From Octopus sinensis (taxonomy: Eukaryota), in contig NC_043017.1 of NCBI RefSeq assembly GCF_006345805.1, positions 12,896,001 to 12,960,000 on the forward strand: a DNA stretch of 64,000 bases. Direction: 5' to 3'. The first letter of the stretch is position 1; each line of letters opens with the position of its first letter. Below the pieces are notes generated by a model. It was not told the DNA's origin. It saw only the letters and a list, made by a program, of their open reading frames with translations, and did no database searches. Of this stretch, positions 12,887 to 25,800 are shown piece by piece. A program made the position numbers and the translations under genes.

Positions 12887-13167
12887 ACACATAAGCTCTA
12901 GCACTGGCACCACATTGAAATATTTCCCACTCCTGTAAAATGATAGATGTAACAGCCAAAATGGAAACTTAAGAACAAGATGTGATTGCCTGACCCACTT
13001 AGGAGACCAGTAACTCATCATTATCATTTAACATCCATTTTCCATGCAATTAGGGTTGGACAGGAGGTGACCAGCCAGAGAGCTGCTTAGGTTCCAATTG
13101 TCTGCTTTGGTATGGTTTCTATTGTTGGATGCCTTTCCTAATGCCAAACACTATACATAGTGAACGT

Positions 13168-13423
13168 GGAGGCACGTGGCTTAGTGGTTAGGGTGTCAGC
13201 ACCATGATCCTAAGATTGTGGTTTCGATTCCTGGACCAGGCGACGCGTTGTGTTCTTGAGCAAAACCCTTCATTTCATGTTGCTCCAGTCCACTCAGCTG
13301 GCAAATATGAGTAACGCTGCGATGGACTGGCGTCCCGTCCAGCTGGGGAACACATACACCATTGAAACCAGGAAAACAGGCCCATGAGCCTGGCTAGGCT
13401 TTAAAAGGGCGCGTTTATTTTTT
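13168..13423 (+). mobile_element. tRNA-derived SINE family F (V/Deu-like central domain)
   Basis: A/B-box head; central TGTGTTCTTGAGCAA and GCGATGGACTGGCGTCCCGTCCAG; 14-bp TSD TATACATAGTGAAC. Confidence 0.8.
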
Positions 13424-14284
13424 TATACATAGTGAACTGGGTGCTATTTACATAGTCCTGGTATAGGTGCTTTTATGTGGCACCAGCATATGTGTTTTTT
13501 AGATACCCCAGATGCTTTTTTACATGGCACTGGTGTGGATGCTTTTTACATGGCACCAACCCAGGCACCTTTTACATAGTACCAGCATATGAATAAGAAT
13601 TAACTTAGATTGCAAAAGCCTGTTCAACCCATGTGAGATGAGTTGTTGTGGATGTAAGTTCTGGCTTATCCTCCTCTTCATCATCATTGTTTAACGTCCA
13701 CTTTCCATGCTGGCATGGGTTGGACGATTTGACTGAGGTCTGATGAACCAGACTCCAATCTGATCTGGCAGAGTTTCTACAGCTGGATGCTCTTCCTAAC
13801 ACCAACCACTCTGAGAGTGTAGTGGGTGCTTTTACGTGCCACAGGCATGAGGACCAGTCAGGTGGTACTGGAAAACGGCCACACTCAAATGGTGCTTTTT
13901 ATGCGCCATCTACACAGGAGCCAGTCCAGCGGCACTGGCAACAACCTCGCTCAAATGTTTTTTTGACGTGCCATCAGCACAAGTGCTAGTAAGGCGATGT
14001 AGATCTTCAGACATAAAATGGAGTTGACTAAAAAATGGAATGGTCTCAAATTAAATGCTTCTGATCAAAGATTTACTAGGTTATGACTGTTAAACAACAA
14101 AAATTCTTTGAATAGAAAAGGGCCCTCAGGCTGTTTTGGGGTTTCCCCATCCAAAGGTGGTTTAACCCAATATTTGCATGCTATCATTTATAGCTTTATC
14201 CACTTCAAATTCAACCATTAAAAATTAACTATTTCACATTCCATCAAAATTTCTAAATTAAAATTTCATAAACAGTACTATGTA

Positions 14285-15214
14285 GGCGTAGGAGTGGCTG
14301 TGGGGTAAGTAGCTTGCTTACCAACCACATGGTTCCGGGTTCATTCCCACTGCATGGCACCTTAAGCAAATGTCTTCTACTATAGCCTCAGGCTGACCAA
14401 AGCATTGTGAGTGGATTTGGTAGATGGAAACTGAAAGAAGCCTGTCGTATATGTATGTGTGTGTTTGTGTGTCAGTGTTTGTCCCCCCAACATCGCTGCC
14501 AACCGATGCTGGTGTGTTTACATCCCCGTAACTTAGTGGTTCGGCAAAAGAGACCGATAGAATAAGTACTAGGCTTACAAAGAATAAGTCCTGGGGTCGA
14601 TTTGCTCGACTAAAGGCGGTGCTCCAGCATGGCCACAGTCAAATGACCGAAACAAGTAAAAGCGTAAAAGCATAAACAACATCAACTGAAAATTGAACTT
14701 GACTAAATGATGATATGGTCATGGATGGAATGCCTGTGATGATAGTTTTACTGGATCACAGCTGACCTGGGGCTAACAAACTTAACGACAGTCTAGACAA
14801 GTAGCTTTAATAAACAGCTTAAGTAAACATTACAAATAAAACCCTGTAGATTATAATCAATATTTTGTTAATTATTTTTAAAAAAATAACAATCATCTAT
14901 TTAATAAGGAATTAACTTCAAATAATTAAACAATAATGACATTATATTAATGTTTGTCTGTTTTCCTATGTTGAGTCCAAACAGATGTGCAATACAAAAG
15001 CAACACCATTCAAAAGAGTTCATTAGTGAGGTCGTTAAGGTTAATTGCAATGAGTAAAGAAACTGTGTGGTAAGTAGCTTGCTAACCAACCACATGGTTC
15101 CAGGTTCAGTCCCACTGCGTGGCATCTTGGGCAAGTGTCTTCTGCTATAGCCCCAGGCTGATCAATGCCTTGTGAGTGAATTTGGTAGACGGAAACTGAA
15201 AGAAGCCTGTCGTA

Positions 15215-15267
<53 letters not shown>

Positions 15268-15559
15268 TTGTCCCTCTGGCATTGCTTGACAACTGACGCT
15301 GGTGTGTTTACATCCCCGTGACTTAGCAGTTCGGCAAAATGAGACCGATAGAATAAGTACTGGGCTTACAAAGAATAAGTCCCAGGGTCGAGTTGCTCGA
15401 CTAAAGGTGGTGCTCCAGCATGGCCGCAGTCAACTGACTGAAACAAGTAAAAGAGAAAAAGAGAGTAACTATTCTGGCAATCTCTTTTACTATAGCCTCG
15501 GGCTGACCAAAGCCTTGTGAGTGGATTTGGTAGACGGAAACTGAAAGAAGCCTGTCGTA

Positions 15560-15612
<53 letters not shown>

Positions 15613-15800
15613 TTGTTCCCCCAACATTGCTTGACAACCGATGGTGGTGTGTTTACGTCCCCGTAACTTAGCGGTTCGGCAAAAGAGACCGATAGAATAA
15701 GTACTAGGCTTACAAAGAATAAGTCCTGGGGTCGTTTTGCTCGACTAAAGGCGGTGCTCCAGCATGGCCGCAGACAAATGACTGAAACAATTAAAAGAGT
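14285..15800 (+). mobile_element. Three SINE family A copies (14285-14670, 15063-15457, 5'-truncated 15487-15800)
   Basis: Match the family consensus. Confidence 0.85.
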
Positions 15801-15879
15801 AACTCTTGTTGTTTGTTAACAAAACCATCCATCCATTTTCTCTGCCCCCTATTTTTGAAAGGGTTATGGGGAATAAAGT

Positions 15880-16300
15880 CCTAAGGCATCTGCTGCATAA
15901 CCATCAAAAGAAACGATAACTATATTTCCTTGCTTGATCCCCAAGCACCATCAACTGAGATTACATAAAGATTATCCAACCATCTTGTTCTTCATCTACC
16001 CCTAGGCCTCCTGCCGGTCAGCTTGGTCTGAAGAATTCATCATGCGATTCTTTCCTCTAACATTCTAAACATGTCCACAGTACCAGAGCTGTGAAAAGCA
16101 GCAGCAGCAGCTTGATAAGGCAAGACTCCCTCATCTCTGAGTGTCACACCCTAGCGGTTGAAGGAATCTGTGGAAGAGGTAGACCCAGGAAGACCTGGGA
16201 TAAGGTGGTGAAGCACAACCTCCGAACATTAGGCCTCACCGAGGCAATGACTAGTGACCGAGACCTTTGGAAATATGCTCTGCTTGAGAACATTAAGAGC
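15880..16300. mobile_element. Two decayed RTE ORF2 C-terminal fragments in opposite orientation (15880-16085 minus, 16090-16300 plus)
   Basis: Minus: WYCGHV.RMLEERIA..ILQTKLTGRRPRGR.RTRWLDN. Plus: [20 protein letters not shown]. Confidence 0.7.
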
Positions 16301-17133
16301 ACCATCCCAGCTTGAAACTGAAATATTAAATCTTTCATTCATCACAGCAATTAAATTTAATGAATTCTCTTCTGATGCACACAGTAACCCAGGGTTGCAT
16401 CCAGAGAAGAGCCACATGGCTGGTGTTGTAAAACATTACTAAAAGATCATCTTGGAGGGCATCTAGACATAAAACATTGCTTCAAAAAGTCCCAATCAAC
16501 CCATGACAGCATGGAAAAGCAGATGCAAAACAATGATGATGTTGATATGTAACACTAGGCTACCATATACCTAATATAGTCCTGTTTCTAAAAAGGGTAG
16601 AGGAAACCCCACTCCACACACATACATACACACACACTTTAGCACTGTCATCTGACCCATGGGTACATTTAGCAGAATTTGTTGTTGTTTACAAGCATGT
16701 GGAACAGATGTATGGAAGCCTTTTGTATGTGTGTGTTTGTGATTGCCCCCCACTGCCACTCGACAACCGGTGTTGGTTTGTTTCTGTCCCCATAATTTAG
16801 GGGTTCAGCAAAAGAGATTGACAGAATAATTCATCATCATCATCATCATCATCATCATTTAGCGTCCGCTTTCCATGCTAGCATGGATTGGACGGTTCAA
16901 CTGGGGTCTGTGAAGCCAGAAGGCTGCATCAGGCCCAGTCTGATCTGGCAGTGTTTCTACGGCTGGATGCCCTTCCTAACGCCAACCACTCCAGCTTAAA
17001 AAGAAAAACTAAGTACTGGGGTCAGTTCGTTCAACTAAGACCCTTGATAAGGGTGTGCCCCAGCATGGCCGTAGTCCAATGGCTGAAACAAATAAAAAAT
17101 AAAAGATACAAGTTTGATGGTGTCAGAATGGTT

Positions 17134-17139
17134 TTTATT
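17134..17139 (-). terminator. Candidate polyadenylation signal AATAAA of PSMD5
   Basis: First AATAAA about 45 nt downstream of the stop codon; usage not shown. Confidence 0.4.
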
Positions 17140-17184
17140 TCAACTGATCCAATATAAACAAACATTGAAATCAGTTTCACCTGC

Positions 17185-17583
17185 TTAACAGTCCCCTTCC
17201 ATCGTAACAGCAGGTTGTGATTGCACATAAAATGGTCCCTGTTGCTGATACAAACGCAGTTTCAGGTAATTCGGTGAACCGAACATCTCCTCGGTGCAGC
17301 TGTTCTGTAGCAAAGCCTCGACTACTTTGTACTTCAGTCGCTTGTCTTCTGATGACGCTTCGGTCGATCGGTCTAGCAGGTACTCAATGAAAGTCGGGTG
17401 GTGTGCCATCAGTTCTAAAGCCCAGCGCTGGTTGGCTAACGACACGTATATGCTTTTGGAGGCCAGTCGGATGTTAGGGAATGGTTGTTGGCCGATCGAG
17501 AAGATTAAATTAAAAGGGTTGCTGGAGATTAAGCTGAACCAATGCTGTGTGAGGGCAAGCATCTCATCATTTTGGTCTTCAGC
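17185..17583 (-). CDS. PSMD5: PSMD5 terminal coding exon 8 (399 nt incl. [19 protein letters not shown]...VTMEGDC*)
   Basis: Acceptor ttacttttag|GCT; phase 0; contains the diagnostic C-terminal GPFYV...EG motif. Confidence 0.96.
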   Translation of the reverse strand, partial: AEDQNDEMLALTQHWFSLISSNPFNLIFSIGQQPFPNIRLASKSIYVSLANQRWALELMAHHPTFIEYLLDRSTEASSEDKRLKYKVVEALLQNSCTEEMFGSPNYLKLRLYQQQGPFYVQSQPAVTMEGDC

Positions 17584-19476
17584 CTAAAAGTAACAAACAC
17601 ATCAAATATGTTAGATACTGATTCTACTTGGAATATCTCAAAGAATACATGTAAAGCTAAACATAACAGGATATTGACAGGAAAAGTTGAAGGCAGCCTA
17701 AGAGACACTTTACATCCAAAAGGGATTTTTTCAACCCAATATTTACATGTTGATATGTATAGCTTTATCTGTGCGTGCACTTCAAAATATTTCAAAAAAT
17801 ACTTATTCAAATTCTCTCAAAAGTTTATAAAATTCTTAAGCTATGTACATTTAAAGAACAAAATCACTTGATATAAATTCATCATCATCATCATCATCAT
17901 TGTTTAGCGTCCGTTTTCCATGCTAGCATGGGTTGGACGGTTCTACTGGGGTCTGTGAAGCCAGAAGGCTTCATCAGGCCCAGTCAAATCTGGCAGTGTT
18001 TCTACGGCTGGATGCCCTTCCTAACGCCAACCACTCCGTGAGTGTAGTGTGCTTTTAGTGCCACCGCATGGTGCCAGACAGAGCTGGCAAACGGCCACGA
18101 ACGGATGGTGCTTTTTATGTGCCACCGGCACGAGGGCCAGGCGAGGCTGGCAACGGACACGAAATGGGGCGGCTGCTGGCAACGGTCGCGAAACGGAAAG
18201 TTTCTCTTACTGCACCGGCACTGGTAACACATCTGCAATTCCATTGACGATTTCCATTGATCGATTTGATTCTGATCGTCACTTGCCTCAACGGGTCTTC
18301 ACAGCAGAGTTTTGACATGCCACGGCACTGGTAGCACATCCGCAATTCCATTGATCGATTTCGATTCTGATCCTCATTGCCTCATCACTGTCTCACAAGT
18401 AGAGTTTTGTGTCCCAAGAAGGGAAGTATGCATACGTAGGCTGGCTCCATCCCATGTAGAAGGCCAGGGTTATGGACTCACTTGTCCTGCTGGGTATTCT
18501 GCGCACAGCACAATTCCAGAGGTCTCGGTCTCTAGTCATTTCCCAGTGAGACCTAAAGTTCGAAGGTCGTGCTTCACCACCTCGTCCCAGGTTTTCCTGG
18601 GTCTGCCTCTTCCACAGGTTCCCTACCGCTAGGGTGTGGCACTTTTTCACACAACTCTCATTCATCCATTTCGCCACATGACCATACCAACGCAAACGTC
18701 TCTCTTGCACACCACAACTGATGCTTCTTAGGTCCAGCTTCTCTCAAGGTATTACACTCTGCCGAGTGTGAAGTACCGCATTACAATCCATCGGAGCATA
18801 CTGGCTTCATTCTAATTGAAATATATATTTATTTAAAAAAAGCAGCCAAAAACGTTTTGGATGATGTTGAGTTTTACATTAATACTCTTTTACTCTTTTA
18901 CTTGTTTCAGTCAGTTGACTGTGGCCATGCTGGAGCACCGCCTTTAGTCGAGCAACTCGACCATGGACTTCTTCTTTGTAAGCCCAGTACTTATTCTATC
19001 GGTCTCTTTTGCCGAACCGTTAAGTGACGGGGACCTAAACACACCAGCATCGGTTGTCAAGCAATGGTAGGGGACAAACAACACAGACACACAAACATAT
19101 ATATATATATATATACATATATACGACAGGCTCTTTCAGTTTCCTCTACCAAATCCACTCACAAGGCTTTGGTCGGCCCGAGGCTATAGTAGAAGACACT
19201 TGCCCAAGGTGCCACGCAGTGGGACTGAACCAGAACCATGTGGTTGTTAGCAAGCTATTACCACACAGCCACTCATGCGTCTATGTTCGTATTTTAGCTA
19301 AGTCAATTGATACTTGGCCTATAGCCAAGTAATATGAAACTGAGTCATCAGAATGTCTTGTCAGGTTTTCTTGTAAACATTCATACTCTGACTTATATAA
19401 ATACACATATATACATGCACACACACATATATATTTATATATAACACATATACATACATAACACACATATATATAT

Positions 19477-19512
<36 letters not shown>

Positions 19513-22500
19513 TCATTATCATCATTTAACATCCGCTCTCCATGCTGGCATGAGTTGGACGGTTTGACTGAGGACTGGTGAGCCAGATGGCCGCACCAGG
19601 TTCCAATCTCATCTGGCAGAGTTTCTACAGCTGGATGCCCTTCCTAACGCCAACCACTCCGAGAGTGTAGTGCGTGCTTTTACATGCCACCGGCACAAGA
19701 ACCAGTCAGGCGGTACTGGCAGCAACCACAGCACAGGAGCCAGCTCGAATGTTTTTTTCACATGCCACCAGCACAAGTGCCAGTAAGGCGACATTGGTAA
19801 CAATCACGCTCGAATGGTGCTTTTTATGTACCACTGGCACGGGAGCCAGTCAGTGGCCCTGGCAACGATCATGCTTGGATGGTGCTCTTGATGTTCCACT
19901 AGTACAGATGCCAGTCAGGCAGCGCTGTCATCGGCCGCATCCGTGAATTTGATTTCGATTTCATTTGCCTCAACAGGTCTTTGCAAGCAGAGTTTAGTGT
20001 CCAATGAAAGAAAGGTACGCACAAGAGGGCTGATTACACCACTAGCATAGGCCATGGGTTATGGTTTCACTGGCTTGCCGGGTCTTCTCAAGCACAGCAT
20101 ATTTCCAAAGGTCTCGGTCACTAGTCATTGCCTCGGTGAAGCCTAATGTTCGAAGGTCATGCTTCATCACCTCATCTCAGGTCTTTCTGGGTCTACCTCT
20201 TCCACAGGTTCCCTCAACCGCTAGGGTGTGACACTTTTTCACACAGCTATCCTCATCCATTCTCACCACATGAACATACCAACGCAGTCGTCTCTCTTGC
20301 ACACCGCATCTGATGCTTCTTAGGCCCAACTTTTCTCTCAAGGCACTTACACTATCGTGTATGCATACTGATATTATACATCCAGCGGAACATACTGGCT
20401 TCATTCCTTGCAAGCTTACGCATGTCCTCAGCAGTCACAGCCCATGTTTCACTGCCATGTAGCATAACTGTTCATACACATGCATCATACAGTCTACCTT
20501 TTACTCTGAGGCCCTTTGTCACCAGCAGAGGCAGGAACTCTCTGAAGTTTGCCCAGGCTGTTCTTATTCTAGCAGCTACACTTTCAGAGCATCCACCCCC
20601 GCTACTGACTTGGTCACCTAGGTAACAGAAGCTATCAACTACTTCTAGTTCTGGACTCAGAACGTAAAAATGGACAAAATGCTGCTAAGCATTTTGCCCA
20701 GCATATTAATGGTTCTGCCAACTCACCACCTTAATAGAAATATTAATAATAATAACCTTTGCTACCACTGCTATTACTGCAGCTATATTTGAATCACCCC
20801 AAATTTCCTTATTCTAAAAGAAAACGATTAACCAAAAGTTGTATTCCACTGTGAGCGAAACCCCCTTATCTGAATATTAATTTATAGGATATGGTAGGAA
20901 GTGAAATGGTGTAGAACAAATAGACAGTACCGTCAGCTGGAGTATTGACGCGAATGCAGAAAGTGCTCGGACTTTCACATCTTCAGGACAATTCTGAATT
21001 GTCTGACCAACATTCTTCATAGCTTCATCCATCTTTGAGCCTGAAAAATTGAGACAGAAATACATGGAATGATCTGGGACAAATTTAACCCTTTAAGCAT
21101 TTAAATCGATCATATCCAGCCTAAATATTCTACTTGTTTTATGTTCAATCCAGCCAGATCAGGTCTCTCACGTGTACCCTACAATGTCCTTCTAAAAATA
21201 AACAGTGACATCATCAAAATCTCAAAGCTATAAGATAAAGCAGGATTAATTCAAAATATGAGTAAGTGTTACATTTGAGAGAGTAATTTAAATAGTGAAG
21301 GATTAAAAATAAATAATGAAATATGAAAAGTAAATAAAAATGATAAAAATGTTATTATTAATGAGTTTTGACAATCCAATTAAACTAGTGAGGGCTTAGT
21401 GCCACAACCAGCAGCATCAAGACCATACTACTGGTTGTTTATCAATATTCCAAGATTGTGGAACTGTTAACTGATTGATGTAAGTAAATATAATCTTCTG
21501 GCTCCCTTCACAGCTACTGGTAGTGCCAATCACAGTTTGAACTCTGAAGTGTCAGTGGTCTTGTGAAGTTGGTGCTAGTGATAGCCTGGGCTTGGTAGTG
21601 GTGGACTAGGTACTACCTGTAGTAGAATTGGTTAAATACCACTGCCGGTTGTATGGGCTCAGTGCTACCAATGGTAGTCTGGACTCGATGTTGGAGGCAG
21701 TTGTGAGGGCTCAGTTAGGGTTAGGGTTAGGGAACCGAGTAACCTGCATTATGAGTCCTAGGAGCTCAAGGAAAAAAAACTTTCTGTAAAGGGGTTAGTG
21801 ATGAAGTGGAGACAACACAGGATCAAGGAAACCCGTCAGTCTTATTGAGAACATGACAACTTCTCTAGTGCTGGTGCAATGAGGAAATGTACCCAGTACA
21901 CTGTGGAGTGGTTGGTGACTGGAAGGGCATCCAGCTGTAGAAGCATGCCAAAAATGAAGGAAACAAGTGAGATGTGGTCCCTTGACCAGTCAAGAAGAGC
22001 AATACTTATAAATAACTGATAAGGACAGACAACCTGTCTAACCCAAACCAATATAAAAATCAAGCATAAAATTATGGTGATGATGGTAATGATGATGATG
22101 ACAATGGGGATGATAATTAAATCAATTTTTACCGTATTTCTTTAGAATCAGCTTCCCGTTTTTAGTGATAGCAATTTGTGCAATAGTTTCAATGCCAATG
22201 GTTCTTAATGTCATGTCTGAAGAATTCAAACTAGACAGAACTTTAGACAAGAAGTGCTGGTACTTAGAGCAGATTTCATTGGGTCGATGTCGTGCTACAC
22301 TGCCAAAAAAGGTAATCAGTCCTACAAGAAAAAATTAAAATAAAAAAGAAAAAAGGTAATCAGTCCTACAAGAAAAAATTAAAATAAAAAAGAAAAAAGG
22401 TAATCAGTCCTACAAGAAAAAATTAAAATAAAAAAGGTATTTTCAAAAAGACAGGACAGAACAGAACAAAATATATATTTAAAAAAACAAACGATGCTAA

Positions 22501-22733
22501 ATTATTAAAAAATTTCTACAAGAGTGATGGAGGTAAAACAGCTTCATGGGGAAAATAATAAGGTAAAGGAATGGCTTTGTGGTTCAGAAGCTTGATTTGT
22601 AACCCAAAGGGTTACAGGTTCAGTCCCACTGTGTGGCACCTAGAGCAAGTATCTCTTACTATAGCCCCGGGACAACCTAAACCTTGTGAATGAATTTGGT
22701 AGACAGAAACTGTATGGAACATGGAAGTTAGTC

Positions 22734-22777
<44 letters not shown>

Positions 22778-22783
22778 ATATAT

Positions 22784-22814
<31 letters not shown>

Positions 22815-25800
22815 CACACATACACACACATACATATACGTGTGTGTATAGTTCGTTTCCTCCCACCACCACTTGACAACCAGTGTTGGTTTGTTTACAT
22901 TCATGTAAATAAAACCAACTGACCAACCAACCAACCAATTTCTCCAGTCACTATTCCTGGGAGGGGGTGTGGGGGTAGAGTCAGCAGGTACCTCAGCTGT
23001 CGTGCGATGTAGAAGTGTCACTGTCATGCAAGCAGTGTCCATTGCTTCCAATCTTCCTGGATAACACGTCTGGTCATGAGACGCAGCCATACGAAATCCA
23101 CCTCAGCAAATTCCATCTAACCCATGCAGACACAGAAAAGTGGACGTCAAAAGCAATGGCAGTGATGATGAGCACATCAGTTCACATCAGCTAGGGAATG
23201 GATGAACGTAGAGAAGCATGACACAGATTCCATACACTAATGACAGCAGCAACATGCAATCGTTTAAAGCCGCATAAACTAAATGTCAATAACCAGCAAT
23301 ACAAAACAAGGTGGTGGTGGTGGTGGTGGTGATGGTAGGGGAGGTGCTATGTAATTTGAAAAGGAAAAAAAAAAAAAACATTAAATAAAAGCAACAACAA
23401 CAGAGAGAGAAAATACAATTTAAATGTTCAAATAAGCAAGTGACAAAGAAATTGCCATCATTAGAAACGATAATAACAGAAGACAGAAAATTTTAGTAAA
23501 AGACTTTCATTTTGTCATCAACCCACAAAAAGGAGACTTTGGTTTAAAACCGAGAAATTAATGGAATTATATAGAGAGACAACCGAAAACCTACTTCCAC
23601 AACTATTTCAGATGGTTTATAGAATACTGTAAAACTGATATTATTATTCGTATTCTACACTCTGAGTTCAAATTCCGCCGAGGTCAATTTTGCCTTTCAT
23701 CCTTTTTTAAGGGCAATAAAATAAACACCACTTGAACACTGGGGTTGATGTAATCAACAAGTCCCTTCCCCCAAAATTTCAGGCCTTGTGCCTTTTGTAG
23801 AAAGGATTATTGGTGGCACGTAAAAAGCGCCATCCGATCGTGGCCGTTTGCCAGCCTCGCCTGGACCCCATGCCGGTGTTACATAAAAAGTGCCATCCGA
23901 TCGTGGCCGTTTGCCAGACTCGTCTGGCACCTGTGCCATTGGCACGTAAAAAGCACCCACTACACTCATGGAGTGGTTGGCGTTAGGAAGGGCATCCAGC
24001 CGTAGAAACATTGCCAGATCAAACTGGGCCTGGTGCAGCCTTCTGGCTTCCCAGACCCCAGTTGAACCGTCCAACCCATGCTAGCATGGAAAGCGGACGC
24101 TAAACGATAATGATGATGATGATGATGATGATGAAAACGGCAAGCTGGGCAAAATACTTAGCAGTATTTCATCCATCAGTTATGATTAGAAAGGATTATT
24201 ATCTTTATTATTATTATTATTGAGTGAGAGAGCAGTGCATGCCATCAAAGTGACACTGGAGTAAAATATACGAAGCCCAGTATACCCATCATGACTACCC
24301 ATCTGATAAGGGTACACTAGGCACATGCATCACAACCATATGTGCGCAACATGGGTGATCTCATATCAAGACAAACAGCGCATGACCTTGCAGGTGGGGC
24401 CCAGTTAGAATTTTCTTCTGGTTGAGTAACACATCCTGCTCAAAAGGTCCCTGAATAAGGGTTATTTAAGGATGTTGAACGAACCACCCATGTTTCCAAA
24501 GGTGAATTATCCAAACCTCCAAGAATTCCTTTCAACACACGGCTATGATGCTCCCCACTACTTCTGCTCGTGATCAGAGATGCACATGTCGTCAGCCATT
24601 AAGGGACATGCTCAACTGGTTACGGTCAAACAACTGACAAGCAAATCTGTGGTATTGAGCAGAATATTATTATTATTATTATCATTATTATTATTATTAA
24701 TAGTAGTATTATTAAGGCAGAACCATTAGCAGGCTGGACCAAATGCTCTTTACATTCTGAGTTCAAATTTCGCCAAGGTCAACTTTGCCTTTCATCCTTT
24801 CAGGTTCGACGAAATAAGTACCAGTTGAGCACTGGGGTCGATGTAATGGACTTCTCCTTCCCCTGAAATTGCTGGCCTTGTGCCAAAATTTGAAACCATT
24901 ATTAATTATTATTATTATTATTATTATTACTATTTTAATTAATGTATCTTGTGTATACAAAAAATGTATGACTGCTGCTGTTAAGTTTACAGCCCTACAG
25001 AGATTACCATCATCCAGTCAGATTCCACTAACCTGGTTAAGCTGACCGCTAACTAGTATTACTAGTTATAATTTTCTCTCTCTCTCTCTCTCTTTTTTTT
25101 TCTCTCTTTATTCTCTATTTTGTCTTTTCCTTCTCCCCCTTTCTCTTGTTTCTTAGTCCCTCTTTATCTTTCTCTGCCAATCGTTTTCTTTCCACTTCCT
25201 CTCAAAATACTTATAAAATGCCTTCAGTTCTACCCAACTCTTGAAACTGGTTCTCTAACGTAATGCAACAAAGTGTTTCCCTGATGAACCATTGTGGTTA
25301 AACATCCAACACAAAGTTCCAAACAACCACAATGGTGAAACACATGTAGGAACTATTATCATAATTAAGGCGGCGAGCTGGCAGAATCGTTAGCACGTTA
25401 GTCGAAATGCTTAGCGGTATTTCGTCTGCCGCTACGTTCTGAGTTCAAATTCCGCCGAGGTCGACTTTGCCTTTCATCCTTTCAGGGTCGATTAAATAAG
25501 AACCAGTTACGCACTGGGATCGATGTAATCAACTTAATACCTATGTCTGTCCTTGTTTGTCCCCTCTGTGTTTAGTCCCTTGTGGGTAATAAAGAAATAG
25601 GTTCTGGTACTAAGGCCTCACTAGTTTAATTAGATTATCAAAACTCATTAATAATAACATTTTATCATTTTTATTTACTTTTCATATTTCATTATTTATT
25701 TTTAATCCTTCACTATTTACATTATTCTGTCAAATGTAACACTTAAGTACCAGTTACGCACTGGGGTCGATGTAATCGACTTAATCCGTTTGTCTGTCCT

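Noticed and set aside
14100-14230. Similarity between 14150-14210 and 17710-17790
   Set aside because: Most simply an old, diverged dispersed repeat; too decayed to classify.
1-17100. Search for exons of another gene left of PSMD5 (e.g. 8001-8228, 8744-9052, 14960-15050)
   Set aside because: No candidate had a homologous-looking translation together with good splice sites; small exons cannot be excluded without RNA-seq.
21715-21732. (TTAGGG)3 as a telomere or chromosome-fusion site
   Set aside because: Only three units inside an intact gene intron.
25283-25341. ACCATTGTGGTT/AACCACAATGGT 12-bp inverted repeat as a pre-miRNA
   Set aside because: The stem is too short and interrupted, and the loop too large.
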